Source of the DNA: an uncultured Chloroflexia bacterium
GTDB taxonomy: Bacteria; Chloroflexota; Anaerolineae; Anaerolineales; Anaerolineaceae
Direction of reading: 5' to 3'
Assembly (NCBI GenBank): GCA_963827605.1
Contig: CAWHBK010000002.1
Span: 608,151 to 672,150, forward strand
DNA length: 64,000 nt
This document shows, in pieces, positions 29,562 through 39,738 of the stretch (the stretch's first letter is position 1; every line of letters begins with the position of its first letter). The position numbers and the translations under genes are program-made. The notes under the pieces are model-generated. The model did no database searches, was not told where the DNA came from, and saw only the letters and a list, made by a program, of their open reading frames with translations.

Positions 29562-32257
29562 TTAGATTAACTGTTTGATCGTTTCCAATAGATTTACCTG
29601 GTCAAAGCTACTTTTGACAATATACGCGTCTGCTTGAACTTCAATTCCGCGCTCCTTATCTTCGGCTGAATCCAGGGATGTTACCAGGATCACCGGAAGG
29701 TTGGCAAGCTGCGGATCGGATTTGATCTGTTGAGTCAGCTCAAAGCCATCCATGCGCGGCATGACAATATCCGTTACCACCAGGTTTGGACGCCCGGCGG
29801 AGCGGATCAATCCCAGCGCTTCATACCCATCGGTTGCGATGGTTACATTATACCCCGCAGCCTCAAGAATATTTTTCTCCAGGGTGCGGGTGGTGATGGA
29901 GTCGTCCACGACCAGGATGTGCTTAAGCTCTGTCTGCGTTTCTTGGTCCGCCTGGGTTGTCAGCGTATCGAAGATCGAACGGCTGCCCTTGCGCAGGGTC
30001 AGTTTCATCAGATCCGCCGCGTTGAGCACCAGCACAACTTCTCCGCTGCCCAGTACCGTTGCCCCAGAAATGCCGCCCACTCGGGCAAGCTGCTTGCCCA
30101 GGTCTTTGATTACAATCTCCTGTTCCCCGGCCAGTTCGTCGATGATGAAAGCGACCTGGCGCGACTGCCGGCCCGTGCCCTGTTGACTGCTCAATAAATC
30201 ACTGACGGACACGATGATGGCGGAAAGTTCTTTGCTGTTGTCCAGCCCCGGTTTCGAACCGCCATCCAACTCCAGAATCTCATTCAGGCGCACGATGGTC
30301 ACGGGATGGCCGGCGTACTGGATGGCATCATGCCCTTCCACGGTAAAAATGTCGGTGGGCTTCAAACTGAGTGTCCGCTCGACGTTGTTAATGGGGAAGG
30401 CAAACAACTGGTTGGCGGAACGCACCAGCAGCCCGCGGGTACCGGTGAGCGCCAGCGGCAGCACCAGAGTAAACACGGTGCCTTCGCCTGGCTGCCAATC
30501 AACATCAATGCGCCCGTGGAGCGATTCAATGTTGTTGCGCACTACGTTCAACCCCACCCCGCGCCCGGAAACATCGGTGATGATCCGGCTGGTGGAAATA
30601 CCCAGGAAGAACATCGCGTCGATCAATTCCGACTCGTTCATCATACGCGCATCGCGGCCGCCCCGTTGGGTAGCCGGCATGCGAGAGACTGCCTGGCGGA
30701 TCGATTCGATATCCAAACCAATCCCATCGTCGGAAACCCGCACCAGGATCTCTTTGCCGTTTTGTTCAGCGCTGAGGGTGATCTGCCCGGTGCGCGCTTT
30801 TCCCGCCGCCACGCGCTGCTCGGGTTTTTCGATGCCGTGGTCAATCGCATTGCGCAGGATGTGGGTCAGGGGATCTTTTATGCCCTCTAAAATGCGCTTG
30901 TCGACTTCCGTATCGCCGCCCATAATGGTCAGCACGGCTTCTTTTCCCGACTGGCGGGCCAGGTCGCGCACCATACGCGCAAACGGGGTGGTTATGGTGC
31001 TAAACGGCTGCATCCGCAGGCGTTTAATCTCATCTTCCATCTCTTCGATGACCAGCGAAAGATGCATGGTATCCGAGGTGTACAGGCGCGCAAGATCGCC
31101 CAATTGGGCATGGAATTCGCGCAGCTGTTCCTGGTTGGAGTTTACATAGCGCAGCACAACAGCAGCATCTTTGCCCAACTCGACCAGCCCTTTGAGGTCC
31201 CCGGTGAGCGTGTCTGGGCGGACCTCCTCGCGGTACGCGATCAGGCGGGAAGAGCCGTTCGTCCCAGCCCGGGCGCGCGCGCCGCTGCCGTTATTCGGGC
31301 CATCATTACCATGCACAAAGGCATCCACAGAACGCGGGCGGTGCAGGCTTAACAAGCCATTTTCCTGCTGCCTGGAGAGGCGGTTGAAAGGCCCGCGCAC
31401 CGACGACCAGCTGCGCTGCAGCTTGCTGAGCTGGCTTTGCAGGGCGCGGATCTGATCGTGGCGCTGTTCCAGGCGAATGCGGGCAACCAGCAGCTCGCTG
31501 AGGTTGGCCATCAACGCATCCAGTTTTTGGACGTCCACGCGGATAGTCTCGTCGCTGGTGGATGTTGTGCTCGTTTGGACTGCCGCAGCGCCATTCTGCT
31601 CGATGGGTTGTTCTATGGACGCCGCGACCGGCTGGGTTACCGGGGGTTGAGTAGCCGGCGGTTGGGAACCGGCGGTTGGGTAACCGGCGGTTGGGAAACC
31701 GGCGCATTTTTGGCAGGCGCATCCGGGAGACTGCCGGCAGCGGCGGGCAGCGACTCCGGGGTATCTGCCGCTTCAGCATCGGACTCCACCGCTGAAGCGA
31801 TGCCTGGCGCAGCATGGGTGCTGGCCACCCGAACCTTTTCCAGCTCGCCCAATGCCAGCAGCGATTGGATCGGTGGGGTGGTTTCTCCCGCTTCGTAAGC
31901 GGTTTGCACCCCTTGAATGGCATCCAGGCCCTGGTAACAGGCGGTGCACATCTCGGGCGTGACGGTCATGGTACCGCGGCGCAGTCCGTCCAGGATACTT
32001 TCCATCGCATGGGCTAACTGCTCAATGGCCGTTACTCCCATGGCGCGCGAGGCGCCCTTCAGACTGTGCGCTGCCCGGAAAGTGGTATTTAGCTGTTCCT
32101 GGTCGAGCGTTTCGTTCTGTGCTGACGCCTGTTCCATCGCCAGCAGGCCGGTGGTCATCGTCTGAATATGCTCGGCCAGCTCAGCCCGGAAGCTTTTCAG
32201 AAGTTGTTCGCGGATATCCTTTGCCATCGACATGGGCATTTCCTCTACTTTACTCAA
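29562..32257 (-). pseudogene. cheA: Hybrid CheA histidine kinase (Hpt, dimerisation, HATPase, CheW-like and REC domains), split by one frameshift as assembled
   Basis: The Hpt ORF 31637..32257 has FRAAHSLKGASRAMG. The core ORF 29562..31538 has the HATPase N, G1 and G2 boxes, a CheW domain and a C-terminal receiver. The frame of the core stays open upstream through ...SDETIRVDVQKLDALM and meets the Hpt frame at a one-base-short repeat unit near 31666. Confidence 0.85.
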
Positions 32258-32321
32258 ATATTTCTATCATCACCGCGACCTCAAACGGCCGCATTCGAAT
32301 ATGCAATAACGAAGCCTGCTG

Positions 32322-33761
32322 TTAAACCGCGTACTGTTTCACCACTTCGTTGAGATCCCGCGCCAGCCCGTTCATATCCTGGGCGGCTTTTTCCGCCTGG
32401 CGCGTGCTGGACAAACTCTGGATCATGGCCTGGTTGATGTTCTGCATGGCCAAGGCGATTTGCTCGACCCCGGAAGCCTGCTGCCGCCCGCCGGCCATTA
32501 CCTGAGAGGCGCGTTGGGCTGACTCGTTGATCACATCCGAAAGCTGCTCGATGGCGGTCTGGGTTTGCGCCGCCAGCCGAACCCCCTGATCTACCACTTT
32601 GGTGCCCTCTTCGGTTGCCATTACAGTGGCGTTGGTCGCCTTCTGGATATCCTGCAAGATGACTTTGATCTGCGTGGTTGCCTGGCGGGACTGCTCGGCC
32701 AGGCTGCGCACCTCGGCGGCCACGACCGCGAAGCCTTTGCCATGCTCGCCCGCCCGGGCAGCTTCTACAGAGGCATTCAACGCCAGCATGTTCGACTGTG
32801 AAGCAATGTTGCTGACGGTGGCGATGATCTCGCCGATCTGCTGGGTTTGTTCGGACAGCGCCAGAATATTTTCCGCGATGCCTTCCACGCGCTCCTTGAT
32901 GCGCGCCATGCTGTCGATCGTCTCACGGATGGTTTGCTGCCCGCCGCGGGACACTTCGACGGTGCGGTTTGCGGCTTCAACCACTTCCTGGGCTCGCAAG
33001 ACGGCCTGCTCGCCAATGGCTTTTACTTCATCCACCGTGGTAGAAGTCTCCGCAATGGCGGCTGACTGCTCGCTGGAGCCGGATGCCTGCTGCGTGGTTG
33101 CCGCCAGGATTTCCGCTGAGGTAGTGGTCAGATCGTTCGAAGCTGCGCGGATCTGGGAAATCATGGTTTGCAGCTTGGAAGCCATCTTGTCCAGGCTGTT
33201 ACCCAGCAGAAGCAATGGATCGTCTTCCTGGTGTCCATTTGTTTTCGTGGCCGTGCGCGCGGCCAGGTTACCCCGGCCCAATTCCGCCAGGTAGTCAACG
33301 TATTGTTTGACCGTTAATTCCAGGGTTGCCCGCTGCTCGTGTTCGTGCATTAGCATCTGCCGCAGGCGCTCCAGCATCTGGTTGAAGGCTTTTGACAGAA
33401 CTCCAACCTCATCGTTGGAACGAACTTTTACTTCCAGGTCCAGGTTACCAGAGGCAACCATTTCCGCCAGTTCGGTGAGTTGCTGGATCGGGCGGGTTAT
33501 CTGCCGCGCCAGGAAATACAGCACGGTTTGGCCAAGCAAGATAAGCGCCAGACCGCTGAGAACTTGCGTGAGAACGAGCTGGTTTATCTGCTTATGAAAA
33601 ACCGGATCTAATAACGTGGAGCCTGCCGGGTTTGACGAGCCCATATTGAGCAGCGCCATTACGGTAATAATGATCAGCACCGCATTGGTTACCAGCATAC
33701 AAATGCCTGCGATAACGACGATCTTTGCATTTATGGTTTGGAGACGGAAGAATTTTATCAT
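32322..33761 (-). CDS. Methyl-accepting chemotaxis protein (two TM helices, HAMP, signalling domain)
   Basis: 479-aa ORF with a highly conserved hairpin-tip region [35 protein letters not shown]. The extracytoplasmic loop is only about 25 aa. Confidence 0.9.
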   Translation of the reverse strand: MIKFFRLQTINAKIVVIAGICMLVTNAVLIIITVMALLNMGSSNPAGSTLLDPVFHKQINQLVLTQVLSGLALILLGQTVLYFLARQITRPIQQLTELAEMVASGNLDLEVKVRSNDEVGVLSKAFNQMLERLRQMLMHEHEQRATLELTVKQYVDYLAELGRGNLAARTATKTNGHQEDDPLLLLGNSLDKMASKLQTMISQIRAASNDLTTTSAEILAATTQQASGSSEQSAAIAETSTTVDEVKAIGEQAVLRAQEVVEAANRTVEVSRGGQQTIRETIDSMARIKERVEGIAENILALSEQTQQIGEIIATVSNIASQSNMLALNASVEAARAGEHGKGFAVVAAEVRSLAEQSRQATTQIKVILQDIQKATNATVMATEEGTKVVDQGVRLAAQTQTAIEQLSDVINESAQRASQVMAGGRQQASGVEQIALAMQNINQAMIQSLSSTRQAEKAAQDMNGLARDLNEVVKQYAV

Positions 33762-33834
33762 CGCTGCTTACCCTATGTTGCGAACCCAAGCATCATTTTG
33801 CGCATATTATCTGGTAAAGGCATAATTTTCTGGC

Positions 33835-34449
33835 TTAAGCTAATTCTTCACGAACCACAAGGCGTGCATCGGTCAGCAGTGCGTCCATGTTCAGTACAGT
33901 AATGTGACGCTGGTCTGCCGGGCTGTTGCGCCGCTCTACCACCGCTTGCACATACTCAGGACGCAGGTGGTGGATCAGGGAATCGCCCGCCAGATCCTTG
34001 CGGACTGGCAAAACCTCCACCCCGGGTACATCGTCTACCAAAAAGATCACTTCCATGGCGGGCGCCTGCACGAAAATCAGAAGGCCTTCTTCGGGCTGCG
34101 GCGAAGGCGGCAGGCCGAGATAAACGCGCAGGTTAATCACCGAAAGAATACGTCCGCGCAAGTTGGTTACCCCGGCGACCCATTCTGGCACGCGCGGCAC
34201 CCGCGTCAGCACCTCTTTTGAGCGTATATCGTGCACGTACTGCACTTCCATGCCAAGCAGCTCGCGCCCCAGGCGAACCAGGGCAACGGTCAACTGCTCA
34301 CCGGGCTCTTCCCGGGCGACAACCTGGGCCATTTGCGCCGCACGCTGGGCCCAGACCCTTTCGATCTGGTCCTGATCCATCGTGGAGGGTGCTTCAAAAT
34401 CTTGCGCGAAATTATCCGTTTCGTTCGTCATATTATGCTCCAAAGACAC
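33835..34449 (-). CDS. cheW: CheW coupling protein
   Basis: 204-aa ORF with a CheW-like domain (ALVRLGRELLGMEVQYVHDI...VTNLRGRILSVINL). Confidence 0.85.
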   Translation of the reverse strand: MSLEHNMTNETDNFAQDFEAPSTMDQDQIERVWAQRAAQMAQVVAREEPGEQLTVALVRLGRELLGMEVQYVHDIRSKEVLTRVPRVPEWVAGVTNLRGRILSVINLRVYLGLPPSPQPEEGLLIFVQAPAMEVIFLVDDVPGVEVLPVRKDLAGDSLIHHLRPEYVQAVVERRNSPADQRHITVLNMDALLTDARLVVREELA

Positions 34450-34473
34450 AGGTCATCATTTTGTTATCAACCA

Positions 34474-36087
34474 TCATTTCCCAGAAAGGGGTTGTACAAG
34501 GGGTTCTTTGCCCCAAATCTGACGCATCTCAATTACGGTTTGGATCAGGCGACCAACCAGTAAATCACCGGAGCGGGGAACCAGGTCGCCGGGTGAACGG
34601 GTTTCCAGAATCCGCTGCGCATTTTCCAGGTATTTCAGCGCCAGGGGAATTTGCCCGCAGCCGTGGTACAGGTTTGCCAGGCTGAAATGCCCCAGGATGT
34701 CCGTGCGGTCGATATACACCACTTTCTTCATTAATTCGATCGATTTCTCGCTGCTGCCCTGGTGTTGGTAGACCAGCGCGAGGGTGTAATAACCGTCCAG
34801 GTTGAGCCGGTCGAGGCCAATGGCAAGCTGGCACCAGCGCTCGGCTTCGGGCCAGTTGCCCAAATCGGCATACGCATTCCCCAAGAGCGCGCAGGCGCGC
34901 GCGTCGTTGGGGTGATCGGTCAACCAGCGCAGCAGCAGGTCGCGCGCCTGGTCAATCCGGCCCGCGGACATTAACGACTGAGCCTGCTCGAATTCGCTTG
35001 CGAACGCTCCATTCTCCAACTCGCCGGGCATGCCGCTGGTGACAACTGGCGGAGGCAGCGTTTTTGAAGGGATGGGCGGAGGCGCCGTTTTGGCAAAGGC
35101 ATCCGGTCCGTTTGCCTGGGCCGAAAGAGTGGTCAGGATCGAGCGAGGCGGTGGGTTTTTGACCGGGGTGGACAGTAAAGAAGGGGATTGTTTCTCCACC
35201 TTGGGTGGATCGGGCTGCCGCTGGTACAGGATGGCATCCGTGAAGTTGCGAGAGCGAAAACGATTGTAAATGCTCAATGAATGCTCAGAATGACCGATCA
35301 CCAGCCAGCCGCCATCCACCAGCGCGTTGTAGAAGCGGTCGACAACCATGCGGGTGACCAGCTCGGGGAAGTATATGGTGACATTGCGGCACAGGACCAA
35401 GTCCATATACATGGTGTTTGTTTCATACGAAGGGTAAACATCCTCCGCCAGGTTAATCTGACTGAAGGTCACCATGCGACGAATTTCAGGGCTTAGTTCA
35501 TACTGGTTGCCGCTGGGTTTAAAGAAACGCGGCCGGAGCTGTTTGGCGCGGATCTCGCGAAAGGCCCATTCGCCATATAGACCGCGGTGCGCCCGTTCTA
35601 GCACCTGGGTGTTAATATCGGTGCCGAGGATCGTGATTGTCCAGGAGGCAATATCTGGGATCAGGTCGCGCAGCAGCATCGCGATCGAGTAGGGCTCCTC
35701 GCCGCTGGCACAGCCCGCGCTCCAGATGCGCAGGGTGCGAATTGACCGGCGCCGCTCAATAATTTCCGGAAGAATAAAGTTTGCCAGCGCGTCCACCTGG
35801 CCGGCATCGCGAAAGAAGTGCGTTTCGCCGATGGTGAGATTGTTCACCAGCCGCTCCAGCTCCAACTGACCGTTCACCGGGTCCCCGAGAACCTCAAAGT
35901 AATGGTTGAGGTCCGCGCAAGTGGAGGCGGCGAAGGCTCTCCGGACACCAATTTCCAGCTCCATGCGGCGCTTCTCTGGAAAGGCCAAACCAAAACGTTC
36001 TTCCATCAAGTTACAGAAGCGAACATAATCCCCATATCCTAGGGAAAGTGTTGCTCGATCAGAGGGGCTTAAATGGGTGGAGAGCAT
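34474..36087 (-). CDS. cheR: CheR methyltransferase fused to C-terminal TPR repeats
   Basis: 537-aa ORF. The N-terminal CheR SAM-binding domain has RIWSAGCASGEEPYSIA. The C-terminal roughly 180 aa are TPR-like. Confidence 0.9.
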   Translation of the reverse strand: MLSTHLSPSDRATLSLGYGDYVRFCNLMEERFGLAFPEKRRMELEIGVRRAFAASTCADLNHYFEVLGDPVNGQLELERLVNNLTIGETHFFRDAGQVDALANFILPEIIERRRSIRTLRIWSAGCASGEEPYSIAMLLRDLIPDIASWTITILGTDINTQVLERAHRGLYGEWAFREIRAKQLRPRFFKPSGNQYELSPEIRRMVTFSQINLAEDVYPSYETNTMYMDLVLCRNVTIYFPELVTRMVVDRFYNALVDGGWLVIGHSEHSLSIYNRFRSRNFTDAILYQRQPDPPKVEKQSPSLLSTPVKNPPPRSILTTLSAQANGPDAFAKTAPPPIPSKTLPPPVVTSGMPGELENGAFASEFEQAQSLMSAGRIDQARDLLLRWLTDHPNDARACALLGNAYADLGNWPEAERWCQLAIGLDRLNLDGYYTLALVYQHQGSSEKSIELMKKVVYIDRTDILGHFSLANLYHGCGQIPLALKYLENAQRILETRSPGDLVPRSGDLLVGRLIQTVIEMRQIWGKEPLVQPLSGK

Positions 36088-36150
36088 TCTGGAGTGTTTT
36101 AACCCTTTTATGCGGTTTCGTCGTTATCCAGGGAGGGGAAAACGGCTGGG

Positions 36151-37053
36151 TCAGGCGCGTTTCTGCGGGGATGCAGAGGATGCAGAGGATGCATCCTTTG
36201 CATTTGGAAGAATCTGCCCATCCGTAGGAGGTAAATCGACTGCCAGCCCGGCAATTTCACCGGCCAGGGTTTCACTCAGATTACGGCGTCCTTTGCGCGA
36301 TTTCGCATGGCCATTGCCCGCGGGCTGTTTTTGGGGCTCCACCAGAGACGGCGTCAGTGACGGCGCCTGTGACTGAGAAACAGCGGAGGTCTCTTGCGCC
36401 TGCGGCGAATCGCCGTTCGGGCCAGATGCGGAAGCGGGGGTTTTCCGGGAGCGTTTCGCGGATGTCTTGAGAGACGCTGGTTCGGGCTGAGAATCGGTTT
36501 CCCGCTTTAAGGCTCGCATCGCGGCAGGGTTCAACAGGCAGTGCGGGTTGATCACCATGACAACGGATTCACCATGATTGACCACCCCTTCCAACACACC
36601 GGTGCTTTCGGATTCTACCGGCAGGATCGCTTCGGTGCCGGTCATCTGACCGGCTGACAGGCGGATCACGTCTGCCACCTCGTCCACGATTAAACCAATC
36701 GTCCGCCCATCCGTTTGCAGCAGGATGATCGGCGTATAGAGTTGGGGCGCAACCAGCGGCAGCCCCAGATGACGGCGAGCGCTAAGAACCGGGACGATCT
36801 TGCCGCGGATGTTGGCTACCCCCTCAATCACCTGCTCGGCCTGCGGGACGGGAGTGAGCTTGACCATGGCGATGATCTGGACAACATGTTCGATTGCCAG
36901 GCCGTAAGCGCGCTCGCCCAGGTGAAAAACCAGCAAGGAGCGCGACTGCGCTTGGTCTGCACTTGCATCCGCGGCTGCCAACTGCAATGCTCGACTTGTT
37001 TCCGTGAATGTTGACGCTGAAAAATTCATAAGAACCCTCTCGCCCCCGAGCAC
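36151..37053 (-). CDS. CheW-like domain protein with long disordered C-terminal tail
   Basis: 300-aa ORF with a CheW domain in the first roughly 170 aa, followed by a Ser/Pro/Gln/Ala-rich tail. It is the first gene of the operon. Confidence 0.8.
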   Translation of the reverse strand: MLGGERVLMNFSASTFTETSRALQLAAADASADQAQSRSLLVFHLGERAYGLAIEHVVQIIAMVKLTPVPQAEQVIEGVANIRGKIVPVLSARRHLGLPLVAPQLYTPIILLQTDGRTIGLIVDEVADVIRLSAGQMTGTEAILPVESESTGVLEGVVNHGESVVMVINPHCLLNPAAMRALKRETDSQPEPASLKTSAKRSRKTPASASGPNGDSPQAQETSAVSQSQAPSLTPSLVEPQKQPAGNGHAKSRKGRRNLSETLAGEIAGLAVDLPPTDGQILPNAKDASSASSASPQKRA

Positions 37054-37244
37054 AGTCTTTTCTGGCTCGACCCTATAAAATGCTTACTGAAAATAAACCT
37101 GTTTGAAGGAGTACCTTTCCACTAATTATACGGTTTCCCGGATGGCTTAAGTTTACAGCCAACTAACAGCGGCCATTTTTTACCTGTTCTTTACAAGTGA
37201 AAGAGTGTTTTATCAAAATATCTTGAGACGTTTTGAATAGGGCA

Positions 37245-37283
37245 TAAAAAAACTGGCGGTTCAATCAACCGCCAGTTTTTTTT
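37245..37283. terminator. Bidirectional rho-independent terminator
   Basis: A-run (37245-37252), stem ctggcggtt / aaccgccag (37253-37261 / 37267-37275), T-run (37276-37283). It separates the cytochrome gene from the chemosensory operon. Confidence 0.7.
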
Positions 37284-37308
37284 CGAATGCTCTGGATCCT
37301 ACCCTAAA

Positions 37309-39537
37309 TTACTTGGGACGGACCATTTTCTTCATATCGATCTTGGTCGTCGACTTGCTGTTCAGATCCTCGATCGAGTTGTACAGGGCCTGGATGATGT
37401 ATTTCCCATTGTGGACGTAGCCACCCGGGTCTTTGACCGAGTACTGGTAGTTGTACGCGGCCTCGAGCAGGCGCGGCGTCCATGCGTTGTAGCCGACCGT
37501 GGCGCCCTTGTCATTCACATCGGGTTTGCCATCGTTGTCTTTGTCGGCGAAGAAATACGGGTAGGCGGTTGGGCTGTAGAGAATGCCGGTTCCGGCGACT
37601 TCCTTGGCATACGCCTGGAGCGCCTTGTACAGGTTCTCTTTGTAGGTTTCAACTTCGCCCGCGATACCTTCGGTCGCGTTGCCGTCCCCGTCGAAATCAT
37701 CTTTCGAGGTCATGCGGATCTTGGTTGGGTCATCTACCTTGTGGCAGCCCACGCACTTCGTGGTGTTCGGGGCTAAGACGTGTTTCTCGTGGCAGTCGGT
37801 GCAGACCGCGACACCCTTGGTGTGCATAAACTGGCCCACATACGTCTTGCCAGTGTATTCGTAGATGCCCTTGGTCTCGGTGCCAAACATGGTGGCGCCG
37901 GCGGCAAAGTAGTGGACGTTGCGGAAACCAATCTTGTCGCTGGGTTTGTCGGGATCAAGATCCTTGACAACCTTGGCAACACTGACGGTCGACTCGCGGC
38001 CCTGGTGGCATTCAAGACACAGGTTGGCTGTGACGCCATCGCCAAAGGAAACCGTAGCACCGCTGGGGAAGGGAACCGATTTGACGGCATAGACCGCCGG
38101 GAATTTCGCCCCATCGTGGCAGGTGGTGCACTGGAAGCCGTTGGAGGCTGTATTGGTGATGGTGGCGCCCTCTTTCAGGAACTGGGGCAGGCCGCCGGCC
38201 GAGTGGCACTTGGCGCAGCTACCCGGGACCTTCATGCCCTCTGCATCCCAATGGCGGAAAGCTTCGCTGTTGCCAGCGAAATGGCCGGAATCCTCACGGC
38301 GCATCTTGCTCATGTCCAGTTTGGGAGTGAGCTTGGTATTGAGGTCTTCGAGCGAATCATAGAGCAGCTGCACAATGTACTTGTTGCCATGCGCGAAAGC
38401 GCCCGGATCTTTGGTGGAAACCTGATAGTTGTAAGCCGCTTTGAGCAGGCGCGGGGTCCAGGTGGTATAGCGAATACTGGCGCCCTTGTCGTCCTTATCG
38501 GCCTTGTTATCACCATCCTTGTCCTGGAAGAAGTACGGGTTGGCAGTAGCGTCGTAGACTAGGCCGGTTTTAATTACTTCCTTGGCATAGCGAGTGAGGC
38601 CCGTATAGAGGGCAGCACGCACACCAGTGAGCTCATCAAACATACCTTCTTTGACATTGCCATCGCCATCGTAATCGGACGTAGAGGATGGTTCGCGGAC
38701 TTTCTTCAGAGCATCCACGGTGGTCACGCCCGTATGGCAGACGGCGCATTCTTTCACCTTTATCTGGGTGGTATGCGGATCGTGGCAGCCAACGCAGGTA
38801 TTATAGCCAGCGACGTGATCGTTCTTGGCGTCGTAGGCTTTGCCTTCGTATTGGTAGCCGCCCTTTACCTCATCACCGTATAGGGTTACGGCCGCGGCAA
38901 AGTAGTGGACGTTGACAAAGCCAAAGGGTGTGTCCTTGCCATCTACTTTGATCGGTGCAATTACCGCATCCGGGTCAGTGGCTTTGTAATCGTTTAGCTT
39001 GGCATCCACCTGGGTCATTGTGGCGCGACCCTGATGGCAAACCATACAACGCGCTTCTGGGCCAAGGCCAGAGATCACCACCGGTACAGCCTTATCTTCC
39101 ACCATGGTGGTGGAGAGGAACTGCACGCTGGTGAGGTTCTGAGTGGCCTGGTTATGGCAGGCAACGCATTGGATCGTGGTTCCGACCGCGGGGGCCTTAT
39201 CAACCTTGCCCACCGCCGAGCCATCGGCGCCAAGGAAATCCTGGTAACCTGGGGTGCTGTGGCAAGTGGCGCATGCCACAGCGACAACCTTCGGTTCATC
39301 CTCATTCCAGTGGGTAAAGGCTTCCGACTTGGCGTCGTTGTGGGGCGACTTCATCCACAACTGATCGAAAGGCACTTGGAGGGTAGGAGTAGGCGCCAGC
39401 GTTGGGACGGGGGTCGCGGTGGGATCCGCCGCAACCGCCCTACCGTCCACAGGTCTGAGGACCATCAACGCCAGGAAAACCAGCGCGAGGACTCCCAAAG
39501 CCAGCATAATCTTAATCAGTTTATTGGTCATCTGCAT
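37309..39537 (-). CDS. Decaheme c-type cytochrome, N-terminally anchored or secreted, internally duplicated (5 + 5 hemes)
   Basis: 742-aa ORF with ten CxxCH motifs (CATCH, CVACH, CMVCH, CVGCH, CAVCH, CAKCH, CTTCH, CLECH, CTDCH, CVGCH). It has an N-terminal hydrophobic helix followed by a Pro/Thr linker. Confidence 0.85.
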   Translation of the reverse strand: MQMTNKLIKIMLALGVLALVFLALMVLRPVDGRAVAADPTATPVPTLAPTPTLQVPFDQLWMKSPHNDAKSEAFTHWNEDEPKVVAVACATCHSTPGYQDFLGADGSAVGKVDKAPAVGTTIQCVACHNQATQNLTSVQFLSTTMVEDKAVPVVISGLGPEARCMVCHQGRATMTQVDAKLNDYKATDPDAVIAPIKVDGKDTPFGFVNVHYFAAAVTLYGDEVKGGYQYEGKAYDAKNDHVAGYNTCVGCHDPHTTQIKVKECAVCHTGVTTVDALKKVREPSSTSDYDGDGNVKEGMFDELTGVRAALYTGLTRYAKEVIKTGLVYDATANPYFFQDKDGDNKADKDDKGASIRYTTWTPRLLKAAYNYQVSTKDPGAFAHGNKYIVQLLYDSLEDLNTKLTPKLDMSKMRREDSGHFAGNSEAFRHWDAEGMKVPGSCAKCHSAGGLPQFLKEGATITNTASNGFQCTTCHDGAKFPAVYAVKSVPFPSGATVSFGDGVTANLCLECHQGRESTVSVAKVVKDLDPDKPSDKIGFRNVHYFAAGATMFGTETKGIYEYTGKTYVGQFMHTKGVAVCTDCHEKHVLAPNTTKCVGCHKVDDPTKIRMTSKDDFDGDGNATEGIAGEVETYKENLYKALQAYAKEVAGTGILYSPTAYPYFFADKDNDGKPDVNDKGATVGYNAWTPRLLEAAYNYQYSVKDPGGYVHNGKYIIQALYNSIEDLNSKSTTKIDMKKMVRPK

Positions 39538-39633
39538 TCTCCACAGTTTGAACAGTGTGTCGGGATTTGTATTATTAGACTACAGGTCGGCTTGTTCGAT
39601 AGACGCACCTCCTCTGTTTAGGGAATATTTGTT

Positions 39634-39663
39634 ATTATATCTGATAAGATATTATTAAAGCAA
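39634..39663 (-). promoter_or_regulatory. Sigma-70-type promoter candidate for the cytochrome gene
   Basis: The minus strand reads TTGCTT (39663-39658), an 18-nt spacer, then TATAAT (39639-39634), about 95 nt upstream of the ATG. Confidence 0.4.
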
Positions 39664-39691
39664 GATTAAAGGGGATAAATTTTACTACTTT

Positions 39692-39730
39692 TCGGGTATT
39701 CCCTGACAAACATTGTCAGGGAATACCCGA
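39692..39730 (-). terminator. Hairpin terminator candidate after the zinc-ribbon gene
   Basis: tcgggtattccctgaca / tgtcagggaatacccga forms a 17-bp perfect stem with a 5-nt loop, 9 nt downstream of the stop at 39739. Confidence 0.55.
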
Positions 39731-39738
39731 CAAATTTC

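Noticed and set aside
31629-31702. Programmed ribosomal frameshift in cheA and the other shifted genes
   Set aside because: There is no slippery heptamer or downstream pseudoknot-like context. The shifts occur in many unrelated genes and mostly in short G/C or T runs, which fits indels rather than recoding.
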